Positions 9,529 to 19,585 of a stretch of 64,000 nucleotides of DNA are shown here, one piece after another. The DNA is from an uncultured delta proteobacterium (GTDB lineage: Bacteria; Desulfobacterota; Binatia; UBA9968): assembly GCA_963771465.1 (NCBI GenBank), contig CAVYTU010000009.1:224001-288000 (forward strand), read 5' to 3'. Below the pieces are notes generated by a model. It saw only the letters and a list, made by a program, of their open reading frames with translations. It did no database searches and was not told the DNA's origin. The translations under genes and the position numbers were made by a program. The stretch's first letter is position 1. Each line of letters starts with the position of its first letter.

Positions 9529-10587
9529 ATGGCGCGCAACGTTTTGCTATTCCGATTTCTATTGGCCTTGCTGACAGCGCCGGCAAAGCTCTGGGCGGGG
9601 CTGGCGGACGATCCGCTCAAAGCCGCGGTTGATTTACACGACGCCGGCAAGATCAAAGAAGCTCTCATCGAGTATGACAAAGCGCTCAAGGCCAATCCGA
9701 AACTGGCCGAGGCGTACTTCAACCGCGGCAACGCACACTACGATCTCGGCCAGAATCAGCAAGCGCTAAAAGACTACGGCGAGGCGATCCGCTTGAATCC
9801 CAAAGACAGCGAAGCCTACTTCAATCGCGCCAACGTTTATCGGCGCTTGAAACAGGATCAACCCGCGCTCAATGACTACAGCGCGGCGATCAAGCTCAGC
9901 CCCAGCGAAGCGCGCAATTACGTCAACCGGGGTGCGATTCATTTCGACGCCAAGCGCTACGACAGCGCGATCAAGGATTACAGCGAGGCGATCCGCATCG
10001 AACCCGAAGACGGCCAGCACTATTTCAACCGCGGCAATAGTTACCTGGCGCTGGATAAAAAAGACGACGCGATCAAAGACTACGAGGCGGCCTTGGCCAG
10101 AGATCCCAAGCTCGCCGACGCCTACTACAATCGCGGCATCGCCTATTCACATTCGAACAAATACGAAGACGCCATTCGCGACTTCGACGAGGCGATCAAG
10201 CTCAACAGCGCGAATGCCGAAGCGTTTTACAATCGCGGCTTGGCGAAAATGAAAACCGGCAGGCATGACGGCGCCATTGAGGACTATAGCGAAGCGATCC
10301 GCTTGAATTCAAAAGATGCCGAGGCGCCGTTTAACCGCGGCCTCGCTTACATGAGAGTAGGCAAACACGATTTTGCCGCCCGTGACTTCACCCAAGTAAT
10401 CATCTTGCAGCCAAAAAACGCCGACGCCTACGTTTATCGCGGTATCATTCGCGTCTATCAGAACAATGGCAAAGACGCCGACACCGACTTTCAAAAAGCT
10501 TTTCAGCTCGATCCCGGTCTCAAGAAAAAACTCCAACCGATCATTGACGACGCCAAGGCGAAGGCGAAAAGCGGCGCGAAGCAGTGA
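9529..10587 (+). CDS. Secreted tetratricopeptide repeat protein
   Basis: Signal peptide followed by about 9 TPR repeats (AYFNRG...). Confidence 0.9.
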   Translation: MARNVLLFRFLLALLTAPAKLWAGLADDPLKAAVDLHDAGKIKEALIEYDKALKANPKLAEAYFNRGNAHYDLGQNQQALKDYGEAIRLNPKDSEAYFNRANVYRRLKQDQPALNDYSAAIKLSPSEARNYVNRGAIHFDAKRYDSAIKDYSEAIRIEPEDGQHYFNRGNSYLALDKKDDAIKDYEAALARDPKLADAYYNRGIAYSHSNKYEDAIRDFDEAIKLNSANAEAFYNRGLAKMKTGRHDGAIEDYSEAIRLNSKDAEAPFNRGLAYMRVGKHDFAARDFTQVIILQPKNADAYVYRGIIRVYQNNGKDADTDFQKAFQLDPGLKKKLQPIIDDAKAKAKSGAKQ

Positions 10588-10600
10588 ATCCCATCGAGTG

Positions 10601-10635
10601 GCAGTGAGTAGCCAGCAAAAAGCAGTCAGCGGTAA
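10601..10635. repeat. Degenerate heptamer tandem repeat
   Basis: GCAGTGA GTAGCCA GCAAAAA GCAGTCA GCGGTAA. Confidence 0.55.
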
Positions 10636-10652
10636 GAAGCAGAGCAAAACCG

Positions 10653-11630
10653 ATGATTAGAAAGATCGTTGTCTGCCTACTGATTACTGTCGTTCTGCTA
10701 ACTGCTTCTCTCGCCGAGTCGCAGCAGCCGGTAAAGGTATTTAAGATTGGCTGGCTCACGAGTATTTCCGGTCAAACATCCGCATCCGGGATAATCCAAC
10801 AAGGGCTTCGTCCGCTCGGCTATGTTGAAGGCAAAAACACAATATTCGAGTATCGATCCGCGGAAGGTAAGCTCGACCATCTCTCGGCCCTCGCTGGCGA
10901 GCTGGTCCGTCTTAAGGTTGACGTTATAGTCACGACGGGGACAGAGGTTGCTCTAGCTGCCAAGAATGCGACTAAAACGATTCCGATCGTTTTTACAAGC
11001 GGAGCTGATCCTGTTGCGGCGAGGTTAGTTGACAGCCTCGCGCGGCCTGGCGGGAACCTGACGGGTCTCAGCACTATTTCCGGGGAGTTGACCGGCAAGC
11101 GACTGGAGTTGCTCACGGAAACCGTCCGCAAGCTCTCCCGCGTCGCAGTGCTTTGGCACCCACGGGCGGCAAGCTCTGCGCAACAATGGAAAGAAAGCCA
11201 AGTGCCGGCGCGCGAACTGGGGCTGCAGCTTCACTCCATGGAAGTCACCAGCGGTGATAAATTCGAGAGCGCTTTCAAAGACGCTATCAAAGCGGGTAGT
11301 GCGGCTCTGGCCGTGACCTCGGCCCCGGTTAACAATTCAAATCAAAAACAGATCGCCGACCTGGCGGCAAAACATCGGTTACCGGGAATATCGCCTTGGG
11401 GAGAATTTGTCGCCAGCGGAGGATTGATGTCCTACGGCGCCGACGACGCCGAGCGCTACAGGCGGGCGGCATACCTCATCGACAGAATCCTGAAGGGAGC
11501 CAAGCCCGCCGAACTACCGGTTGAGCAGCCGATGGGGTTTGAGTTCACTATCAATCTCAAAACCGCCAAAACCCTCGGCCTGACGATTCCACCGATCGTG
11601 CTGATGCGCGCGACGAAGGTTATCAAGTAG
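10653..11630 (+). CDS. ABC transporter substrate-binding protein (ABC_sub_bind type)
   Basis: SLARPGGNLTGLS, GKRLELL and ILKGAKPAELPVEQP...INLKTAKTLGL motifs. Confidence 0.9.
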   Translation: MIRKIVVCLLITVVLLTASLAESQQPVKVFKIGWLTSISGQTSASGIIQQGLRPLGYVEGKNTIFEYRSAEGKLDHLSALAGELVRLKVDVIVTTGTEVALAAKNATKTIPIVFTSGADPVAARLVDSLARPGGNLTGLSTISGELTGKRLELLTETVRKLSRVAVLWHPRAASSAQQWKESQVPARELGLQLHSMEVTSGDKFESAFKDAIKAGSAALAVTSAPVNNSNQKQIADLAAKHRLPGISPWGEFVASGGLMSYGADDAERYRRAAYLIDRILKGAKPAELPVEQPMGFEFTINLKTAKTLGLTIPPIVLMRATKVIK

Positions 11631-11704
11631 CCGATGGATAACTGAGTGAGTATTTGAAAACCACTCACTGAGAAATGTTTTCGCTGAGGTTTATTCGGAA
11701 TATC

Positions 11705-11753
11705 GCCTGTGGTGAGCACCGTCGAACTACCGTTAAATGCATGCGGGAATGAC
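11705..11753. repeat. REP-like palindrome remnants
   Basis: GCATGCGGGAATGAC (11739-11753) is identical to the end of the element at 23337-23368; it is preceded by GTGGTGAGCACCGTCGAAC. Confidence 0.5.
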
Positions 11754-11825
11754 GGGTCCGGAGAAGCGGGCGAATGACCCAGCTCGCCACGGGAATGTGA
11801 CCAGCATAGCTTGAAGACAAATTGC

Positions 11826-12245
11826 ATGGCTGACGCAAATATTCTCGGTGGCCTGATCGGCGGCGCGCTTATCGGTATCGCCGCTTCCCTGCTCTTGCTC
11901 TTGAACGGCCGCATCGCCGGGATATCCGGCATTCTCAGCGGCGTCTTTGGGACCATTGGCGGCACGGAACGATATTGGCGGCTCGCCTTTGTCATCGGGC
12001 TCATCTGCGGCGCGGCGATTTATTTTCTCGCCGCAGGCCGCCACGCAGTTCAACTTCCAGCTGGCAATCTAACTCTGATCGTCGCGGGATTGCTCGTCGG
12101 CTTCGGCACGAGACTCGGTTCGGGCTGCACTTCGGGCCATGGTGTTTGCGGACTGGCGCGTCTCTCGCCGCGTTCACTGGCGGCGACTGCGACATTTATG
12201 CTGTTCGGTATGCTTACGGTATTTCTGATTCGCCACTTGAGCTGA
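11826..12245 (+). CDS. YeeE/YedE family sulfur transporter subunit (PmpA-like)
   Basis: GRIAGISG and GSGCTSGHGVCG motifs. Confidence 0.92.
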   Translation: MADANILGGLIGGALIGIAASLLLLLNGRIAGISGILSGVFGTIGGTERYWRLAFVIGLICGAAIYFLAAGRHAVQLPAGNLTLIVAGLLVGFGTRLGSGCTSGHGVCGLARLSPRSLAATATFMLFGMLTVFLIRHLS

Positions 12246-12247
12246 TT

Positions 12248-12655
12248 ATGCAATTGACTGCTGCCTTCGCCAGTGGAATTATTTTCGGCCTCGGATTGAG
12301 CATTTCCGAGATGATCAACCCGGCGCGGGTGATCGGCTTTCTCGACATCACAGGCTGGTGGGACCCGACGCTCATGTTCGTTATGGCTGGCGCGCTCGCA
12401 GTCACGATTCCAGCGTTCACTTTAATTATGCGCCGCAGTCAGCCGCTGCTTGATGGCCAATTTGTTCTGCCAATCAAACGCGTCGTCGATCGGCCGCTGA
12501 TTCTTGGCGCAGCAATTTTCGGCATCGGCTGGGGCCTCGGCGGTTTCTGCCCTGGCCCGGCGTTGGCCGCTTTGGCAAGCGGCTCGCCGGCGGTTATTTT
12601 ATTTGTTCTCGCGATGATCGTCGGCCAGCGGCTTGCCGGCCGTTTCGCTGGATAA
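12248..12655 (+). CDS. YeeE/YedE family partner (DUF6691/PmpB-like)
   Basis: MINPARVIGFLD, WDPTL and GWGLGGFCPGP motifs. Confidence 0.9.
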   Translation: MQLTAAFASGIIFGLGLSISEMINPARVIGFLDITGWWDPTLMFVMAGALAVTIPAFTLIMRRSQPLLDGQFVLPIKRVVDRPLILGAAIFGIGWGLGGFCPGPALAALASGSPAVILFVLAMIVGQRLAGRFAG

Positions 12656-12704
12656 GACTTGCACTGAGCTTCTCGACTCGAAGCTAGACTTGCTTCGCTG
12701 AAAA

Positions 12705-13012
12705 TCGGCGCAATGGGTGCCGTGGATCGCCCGCGAAACGGCGATCCGCTACCGTGCCCAGAGCCGCGCGTTCCCGACAATGTTTTCGCTGCCTACAACA
12801 TTTTCGTCACCTGCCAGACCAACGATGACGTGCCCTACATCGTCAGCTGCTGTGGCGAAGATCGCTTGGTCATCGGCACCGACTATGGCCACACCGACCC
12901 GTCGAGCGCGGTTACGGCGCTCAATGAATTTCAGCGCATGGAAGGTTTGGACTCAGCGGTGAAGGGAAAGATTCTTTCGCACAACGCCGAGGCGCTGTAC
13001 GCGTTGCAGTGA
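12705..13012 (+). pseudogene. C-terminal remnant of an amidohydrolase
   Basis: SAQWVPWI...[frameshift]...NIFVTCQ...IGTDYGHTD...KILSHNAEALY*; no N-terminal half is present. Confidence 0.75.
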
Positions 13013-13101
13013 GATCCGCAGAGAAAATGTATTTGGACGACATCGCAGTCGAAGCTGAATTACTGGCGGCGCGACGGTGTTCCGGCTAGCAAGTCGTGTG
13101 A

Positions 13102-14442
13102 TTAGTACCAACGAGGCAATTCCAGCAGCGCGTGCTGATTGGATTCGCCGCGTAATAGGGCTAGCCACTTTTCCTGGCCGCGCTTAAATTGCTGCAATTT
13201 GACTCCGGTCAATGAGTTCGGACCGGGAATCTTTATTGACAGGAAATCGATCTTTTCGCCATTGAGGGCAAACTCAAAGTGAAGATGCGGGCCGGTCGCG
13301 TAACCGGTCTGGCCCACTGTACCGATTGGGTCGCCGGTTTTGACCCTCGCGCCTTCCTCTAGCCCAACGGCGATCCGTGATAAATGGGCGTATGTGGACG
13401 AATAACCGCCGGCATGTTTGAGCTCGACCATCAAACCGTAGCCCCCACGCGAGCCGGCAAATTCCACCGTTCCAGCGCCCACCGCAATGACTGCTGTCCC
13501 CTGCGGCGCCTGATAATCCACCGCTTCATGGGGCCGCAAGACTCCCGTCGCTGGATCAGGCCGCGCCAAATCGAATGTCGAGGAGATGCGATCGAACTTT
13601 AACGGCGCGGCCAGAAAAGAGCTTGGTAATAAGTTGCCGTCGATATCGTAATACTGCAACGAGTCATCCGCGCCGGAAAATCCCAATGCTTCATAGGATC
13701 GGCCGCCCGCTACGACCCGCGCCGCGGCGATCTGACCGACCACCACATGGCCGTCGAGATAATATTTCTGCGGCATCGCAACGCTAACTTCATCGCCGGC
13801 GCTCAAATCCGCCGAGAGGTCGAGTTCGGAACTGAATATCCTGTGCAACTCAGCGATTTGCGCCGAAGATAAACCAGCTTGGGCCGCGCTCTCAGAAAAT
13901 TGCTTGCTCACCTTCACACGCAGGAGATTTAACCGCGCAACGTGAAACAGCTCTTCGCGCTCCACCGACCAGCCGCCCAGGGTCGCGCTGGCGCGCACGA
14001 TATGATTTTGCAGCACAAACTCCACCGCCCGTAGGTTTCGGCTGTGTGCATCCAATACCAAATTAAATGATTGATCCCTTGGCATGCGCCGCCAGTCGAC
14101 GATATCGCGCATTTTTTTCAGCAGCTCCTGGCTCGAGCTCTGCGGCAAACCGTGGCGCTTCAGAATGTTGGTGATATTTTCATTGCGTCCAAGCTTTACT
14201 GCCAGCCGTTCAACCACTCCCGTGTTCAATCTATCCGGCGTCGCCGTGCTGCGGCGATCGTCGGACGGATTTAATGACGGGACCAAAGCGAAGATTCCCA
14301 GCATCGCCGCTGCGAAAAGCGCGGCGCCGACCGGTAACCCGTCGAAGATATCAGCAAAGAAGTTGCGGAGAATTTTGAGATACATTTGGCAATCGATCGG
14401 AAGCGTTTCGTGGTTCATATCGGATAAGCCATAGTGGGTCAA
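13102..14442 (-). CDS. M23 family metallopeptidase (MepM-like)
   Basis: HEAVDY, YAHLS and TGPHLHFE motifs; N-terminal TM helix. Confidence 0.9.
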   Translation of the reverse strand: MTHYGLSDMNHETLPIDCQMYLKILRNFFADIFDGLPVGAALFAAAMLGIFALVPSLNPSDDRRSTATPDRLNTGVVERLAVKLGRNENITNILKRHGLPQSSSQELLKKMRDIVDWRRMPRDQSFNLVLDAHSRNLRAVEFVLQNHIVRASATLGGWSVEREELFHVARLNLLRVKVSKQFSESAAQAGLSSAQIAELHRIFSSELDLSADLSAGDEVSVAMPQKYYLDGHVVVGQIAAARVVAGGRSYEALGFSGADDSLQYYDIDGNLLPSSFLAAPLKFDRISSTFDLARPDPATGVLRPHEAVDYQAPQGTAVIAVGAGTVEFAGSRGGYGLMVELKHAGGYSSTYAHLSRIAVGLEEGARVKTGDPIGTVGQTGYATGPHLHFEFALNGEKIDFLSIKIPGPNSLTGVKLQQFKRGQEKWLALLRGESNQHALLELPRWY

Positions 14443-14487
14443 TACTTTTTTTGCAAATAATGATTTACTCTTTAAAACAAAACTAAG

Positions 14488-14913
14488 CTATGCTGTGAAA
14501 GCGTCGTGATAGAGAACTTTGCCTTCTTGGCATTCGGACGAGAACGGTCGCGCCAAAAAATATTCCGTTGGAAATCCGTCGAGGCTGAGACCTTGGCGCG
14601 CAACAAAACCGAAGCGAGAAGAAAAGTCGGACTCGCCGAGCAAGACGCAGCCATTTGCGCCGCCCGCTTCAAGTAACTTTAAACCGGCATTGATTAAGCG
14701 ACTACCGATACCCTTCCTTTGATGGATTGGGGTGACCGACATCAAGCACAGACACCAGTGAAACCGTGAGCGCGCTACTTTCTCGCGCAGCTTGTCGACG
14801 ATATGCTGTTCCCTATGGTTGTTATACGACTGGTCTTCGAAAGCCGCGACAATGACGGCGCGGATCGCCGGCACATCCGCGCGCTCTTCCGGACGGATTA
14901 TGATCTCTAGCAA
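14488..14913 (-). CDS. GNAT N-acetyltransferase (YhbS-like), apparently with an internal deletion
   Basis: IRPE and QRKGIGSRLI...GCVLLG...RFGF motifs; the usual central VGH strand region seems missing. Confidence 0.7.
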   Translation of the reverse strand: MLEIIIRPEERADVPAIRAVIVAAFEDQSYNNHREQHIVDKLREKVARSRFHWCLCLMSVTPIHQRKGIGSRLINAGLKLLEAGGANGCVLLGESDFSSRFGFVARQGLSLDGFPTEYFLARPFSSECQEGKVLYHDAFTA

Positions 14914-14956
14914 TTGGCCGTCTCGTTGCCGATGAAATAGATTTTCGGCAAGCTGG

Positions 14957-15898
14957 TTACGCGAGAATCGCCTTACAGATTTCCTCGACGTGACGATGAT
15001 CCGTGCCGCAGCAACCGCCGAGCACGTTCAAACTCGCGAGCTTGTCACGAAGTTGTCGGTATTGTCGACCGAGTTCGTTGGGATTTCCAACATCGAGCTC
15101 GGTGGCTTCGTCGAGTTCTTTATGACTTTTCGTCGAAGCATTCGCTCTCACGCCGCGGATTCTTGCGGTCCACGACGCGTCTTTATCCAACACCCCTGCG
15201 AAGTGACTCGGGTGCGCGCAGTTAATCATATAATAAGCCGGTAAAGGGATGGTCGCGCCATCGACTTGTTCGATGGCATCCTTTAGAGATTGACCGTTGG
15301 GCAATTGGCCGTCGATCTCGACTGTGAACGAAATAACGACCGGCATGCCGACCCGCCGTGCCGCGCGGGCAATCCCGATCGCTTCAGCCGGATAGGTCAT
15401 GGTGATCGCAGTTACCATATCCGCATCCGCAGCGCGAAAGGTTTCCGCTTGGAGCGCATGATAGTTCTCAGCTTCTGTCTCCGTCATAAAGCTCGCCGGA
15501 TTGTAGCCGTCGCCGCGCGGCCCGATGCAGCCGCTGATAACCATCGGCGTGCCCGAGGTTTCAAATTCCTGCCGAATCCGATGCAGCATAGCGATGGCCC
15601 GACGATTGGCTTCGACGAGCGCTGCCTTCGAATAGCCAAGCTTCGCGCCCCAATCCGCGCTGGCGCGCCAGGTCGCGCTCTCGAGAATACAGCCCACGTC
15701 GTACCCGCTCGCGAGCGCGGCATAGGTGCGGAAATATTTCACCAGCGCCGACTCGCCGGCCGCATGCTTTAACAAGTCGAATGCCGCGAAGAACGGTAGT
15801 TCCAGCCCTTCGTGAAAGATCAGCGTGGTCTCGATACCGCCGTCGGTGACAAATAGATCGCCGGACAGTTGCGGCAATTGGTTTCGGTATTTTGCCAT
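14957..15898 (-). CDS. Homocysteine S-methyltransferase family protein
   Basis: DGGIET, INCAHP and GGCCGT Zn-binding motifs. Confidence 0.92.
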   Translation of the reverse strand: MAKYRNQLPQLSGDLFVTDGGIETTLIFHEGLELPFFAAFDLLKHAAGESALVKYFRTYAALASGYDVGCILESATWRASADWGAKLGYSKAALVEANRRAIAMLHRIRQEFETSGTPMVISGCIGPRGDGYNPASFMTETEAENYHALQAETFRAADADMVTAITMTYPAEAIGIARAARRVGMPVVISFTVEIDGQLPNGQSLKDAIEQVDGATIPLPAYYMINCAHPSHFAGVLDKDASWTARIRGVRANASTKSHKELDEATELDVGNPNELGRQYRQLRDKLASLNVLGGCCGTDHRHVEEICKAILA

Positions 15899-16008
15899 CG
15901 GCACGCGTCAAGGAGTCTAGGTCCAAATCATTTGAGACGATGGAAGAATTTTTCGCTGTTTAAATCCTGCAATCATGAATTCAATCGAAACGGCAACGGT
16001 GGCGATTG

Positions 16009-17295
16009 CTAGAGACCGTTTGAAGTCCCGTTCACGACCTTGGCGTCGCTATTATGCAGCATCGCTTCTTGTTGTTCCCGCAGCCGCTCAAAACGCGCCA
16101 GATTTTGGCCGGCCAACTGCTGCTCTTTTGGAATCCGTAGATTCAAAAAATTGACCTTGGTGCCGCCGCGCAAAAACTCAAAATGAAGATGCGGTCCGGT
16201 TGTGTGACCCGTCTGACCGACAAATCCAATCACGTCGCCGGGATCCACCGACTGGCCTTTGCGCAAATTCGCCGCGAACCGAGAAAAATGCGCATAGCGA
16301 GACATGTAGCTGCCGGAATGGCGTACATCGACAACATTTCCGTAGCCGTTGCGCCGACCGATAAATTCCACCTTGCCGCGCCCGATGGAAACCACCGGCG
16401 TTCCGGTCGGCGCCGCGTAATCGATCGCCAGGTGAGGTCTTACCGTGCGAAAGATCGGATGGCGTCGAGTGGGGTTAAACGGCGAAGAAATGCGTGCATA
16501 ACTCAAAGGCGCACGCAAGAAAGAGCGCCGCAGCGCTTGTCCGTTGCGATTATAATAAGCGCCAGTGGCGTTGCCGTCTAAGAAATAATAGGCGTTGTGG
16601 AGTTCATTCTCAGCTTCCAGTTCGGCTGCTAGGATTCGACCCTCTCCGCGCCTACCATCGGCGTAACGCAGGGTTTCGACGATCACGCTAAATCCGTCGC
16701 CCCGCTGAAAGTCAGAAAAGAAGTCGATATCGGATTCGAAGATCTTCGCCAAATCGAAAATATGTTGCGGCGTCAATCCCGCTTCAGTGCCGCTTTCGTA
16801 AAGACTTCCCTTGACCGTGCCACGCACGACTTGTTTTTCGCGCACGAACGGAATTTCGTGCCGCTCCGCGAACCAGCCTTGTTGCGTAGCTTTGACCCGA
16901 ACCAGCGCGTCATCGACGACAAACTCCATCGCTTGTACCGTGCGATCCTCGCCGCTCAAGACCACCGCGACATTGTCACCGGGGCGAATCTTGCGTGGAT
17001 TTAGAAACGGACGGAGTTTCTCGATCATCGCGTGAGCCGATGGCGGAGCAACTCCAAAGCGCTTCAACACGGAACCCAAAGTTTCTCCCGAGCGCAATTT
17101 AACGCCAACTCGAGAATCCACCGGCGCAGCGATCGTGGCGGCCGGCGCCGTTTGGTATTCTTGCTGCGGCGCATTGACCATCGGCGCGCACAACAACGCG
17201 ATCGCAGCCAGCATGCCAATCCATGCGCAACGATAGCAAAACTCCAGCAGCAATTTGTTTATCGATGGGCGGCAAGGGATAGGTCGATCATTCAT
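16009..17295 (-). CDS. M23 family metallopeptidase (MepM-like)
   Basis: RRHPI...HLAIDYAAP, YAHFS and TGPHLHFE motifs. Confidence 0.92.
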   Translation of the reverse strand: MNDRPIPCRPSINKLLLEFCYRCAWIGMLAAIALLCAPMVNAPQQEYQTAPAATIAAPVDSRVGVKLRSGETLGSVLKRFGVAPPSAHAMIEKLRPFLNPRKIRPGDNVAVVLSGEDRTVQAMEFVVDDALVRVKATQQGWFAERHEIPFVREKQVVRGTVKGSLYESGTEAGLTPQHIFDLAKIFESDIDFFSDFQRGDGFSVIVETLRYADGRRGEGRILAAELEAENELHNAYYFLDGNATGAYYNRNGQALRRSFLRAPLSYARISSPFNPTRRHPIFRTVRPHLAIDYAAPTGTPVVSIGRGKVEFIGRRNGYGNVVDVRHSGSYMSRYAHFSRFAANLRKGQSVDPGDVIGFVGQTGHTTGPHLHFEFLRGGTKVNFLNLRIPKEQQLAGQNLARFERLREQQEAMLHNSDAKVVNGTSNGL

Positions 17296-17530
17296 GGAGA
17301 CATCCAGTTTTTCGAGCAGAGTAGCGAATCATTTAACCAGGGTCAAAACATCGGCACCGTTTTTTTAAACTTTTTTATTGCGGGGATCGAGAAAAAGACG
17401 TCCATCAAGTCATTTTGCGCCGTTCAACCTTAGTGAGGACGGTTTACAGCTAGACCTGAACGGGTTATATCGAACTCGAATTTGAGCGTTTAATGAATCG
17501 CCGATTTAATTTGGCTCAGGAGCAGACGCA

Positions 17531-18628
17531 ATGATTTTTTTGACCAACGAACATATCGCCCAAGTCCTCGACATGAAGATCTGCATCGACGCCATGGAAG
17601 ATGCTTATCGAGAATTGAACGAGCAGCGCGCCGGTTACCGGCCGCGCATCGACTTCTACGTTCCGCACGAGCCGCACTATTATCGCTGGGGCACCATGGA
17701 AGGCGCGTCGCGCAAGCTCGGAGTGTTCGCCATTCGGATGAAATCCGATATGCTCGCCTGGGAAAACCAAGACGGCTTCATGGTCGAGGATAAGTATTGC
17801 ATGGAGCGCGGCACCTACTGTGGTTTGATCTTTCTCACCAGCACGCGCAACGGCGAGCCGCTGGCAATCATGAACGACGGCTATCTCCAGCATATGCGTG
17901 TGGGCGCCTGCGCCGGCATCGGCACGAAATATTTGGCGCGGAAAAATTCAAAAGTCCTCGCCATGATCGGTTCGGGCGGCATGGCGCGAACTTATGCCGA
18001 AGCGATCAAGCATGTCCGGCCTATCGAAGTGATGCGCGTGTACAGCCCGACGAGAAAGAACCGCGAGGCATTCGCAGCCGAGATGACGGAAAAGCTCGAC
18101 ATCGAAGTGATCGCCGTCGATTCGCCGGAAAAGGCGCTCAAAGGCGCCGATATCGTATCGCTGACGACCGATTCTTTGGTCCCGGTCATCAAAGCGGAAT
18201 GGTTGGAGCCGGGCATGCATATTAACAACGTGCGCAACAACGAGGCCGGTCCAGATGTGCTCGCGCGCGCCGATGTGCGCGCCCGGCTCGGCACTTCGAC
18301 CTTGTACGCCGATCGCAATGCGCCGGAAGTCGTGACCGGCAGCGACGGCATGTTCGGTTTCATCGCCGGCAGTCCAGAAGAAAAAAATAAAATACCCACG
18401 TCGCCGCATCACGAGATCGACAACCCAAACATCGGCACGGTACCGGACATCATGGCGGGTAAATGGATCGGCAGAGCCAATGAACAGCAGATTACTTTTT
18501 TAAACAACCAAGGCACCCAAGGCTTACAATTCGCGGCGGTGGGCGGAACTGCGTATAATCTCGCCAAAGCCAAAGGGCTCGGTCATCCGCTGCCGTTGGC
18601 ATGGTTCACGCAGAATATACGAGATTGA
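17531..18628 (+). CDS. Ornithine cyclodeaminase/mu-crystallin family protein
   Basis: GEPLAIMNDG...RVGA, IGSGGMA and LEPGMHIN motifs. Confidence 0.88.
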   Translation: MIFLTNEHIAQVLDMKICIDAMEDAYRELNEQRAGYRPRIDFYVPHEPHYYRWGTMEGASRKLGVFAIRMKSDMLAWENQDGFMVEDKYCMERGTYCGLIFLTSTRNGEPLAIMNDGYLQHMRVGACAGIGTKYLARKNSKVLAMIGSGGMARTYAEAIKHVRPIEVMRVYSPTRKNREAFAAEMTEKLDIEVIAVDSPEKALKGADIVSLTTDSLVPVIKAEWLEPGMHINNVRNNEAGPDVLARADVRARLGTSTLYADRNAPEVVTGSDGMFGFIAGSPEEKNKIPTSPHHEIDNPNIGTVPDIMAGKWIGRANEQQITFLNNQGTQGLQFAAVGGTAYNLAKAKGLGHPLPLAWFTQNIRD

Positions 18629-18707
18629 GAAGAAGGAAGTGTTGGAGTTAAAGAATTCCGAAGCGGAATCAATACTCCACTCGCTCCAACCCTTACGGAG
18701 ATTTCCC

Positions 18708-19502
18708 ATGGCTACTCTACGCTACGTCGCATATCTCGCCGAAGATCCGGCGAAGCTCGTGGACTTCTACCACCGCTTTCTCGGCACCGAAGAACTGGGC
18801 CGAACAGCCGACGGCGACATCACGATCACCGACGGCTTTTACAATTTGACCTTTTTTAAAAATCGTCCTGAGCTTGGCGAGATGCAGATGAACAACGGCC
18901 TGCACCACATTGGCCTGCAAGTCGACGATCTCGAAGAAGTGAAGGACCGCTTTTTGAAATTCAATCCGCGCGGGATGATCATCCCGGAGACCGACGACTT
19001 ACAGCACGGCGAGATGCGTCTGCATGACCCGGAATGCCGGCCGGTCACGGTATCTACCAAAAGCTTCGGCGTACCGGCGAGCAAAGAAAAGCAATTTCCG
19101 CGCGTCCGTCACATCGCCTATAACGCTCTCGATCCGGAAAGCATGTTGCAGTTTTACACCCAGGTACTCGGCCTGCGCGAAATCCCGTCGAGCTACCAGC
19201 GCCGCCAGCAGGGCCTCGCCAACCGCTTCTGTGCCGACGGCAAAACCAACCTGGCGATCCACCCCTTTTACAGCCCAGTCGAAGGCCACGAAGCCAAATA
19301 CGGCATCAACCATATCGGCTTTCTGACCAATACGATGCAAGCGACGATGGCCGAACTGAGCAGCGTCCTGAAAATCGTGCCGCGTCCGTCGAGCCGACCC
19401 TACGCTGAATTTCGCTTCCGCGATCTCGAAGGCAACGCTTTAGATTTATCACAGACCAAAGGCTGGGAGGTCGACGTCGATAAATGGGTAAGCGCGGCGT
19501 GA
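18708..19502 (+). CDS. VOC (glyoxalase/extradiol dioxygenase-like) protein with two domains
   Basis: GLHHIGLQVDD and GINHIGF...RDLEGNALDL motifs. Confidence 0.85.
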   Translation: MATLRYVAYLAEDPAKLVDFYHRFLGTEELGRTADGDITITDGFYNLTFFKNRPELGEMQMNNGLHHIGLQVDDLEEVKDRFLKFNPRGMIIPETDDLQHGEMRLHDPECRPVTVSTKSFGVPASKEKQFPRVRHIAYNALDPESMLQFYTQVLGLREIPSSYQRRQQGLANRFCADGKTNLAIHPFYSPVEGHEAKYGINHIGFLTNTMQATMAELSSVLKIVPRPSSRPYAEFRFRDLEGNALDLSQTKGWEVDVDKWVSAA

Positions 19503-19512
19503 TATTAAGATC

Positions 19513-19546
19513 GGAATGATGGACGATTGGAGTACTGGAGCGATGG
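19513..19546. repeat. Degenerate octamer tandem repeat
   Basis: GGAATGAT GGACGATT GGAGTACT GGAGCGAT GG. Confidence 0.5.
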
Positions 19547-19585
19547 CCAGGAAAAACATCAACGCGCCAGATATCAGTTGCCAGA

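Noticed and set aside
8860-10450. Recurring AACCGCGGC/AATCGCG motifs at ~102-bp spacing, resembling a CRISPR array
   Set aside because: They are coding TPR repeats (34 aa); the repeats are not identical and no cas genes are present
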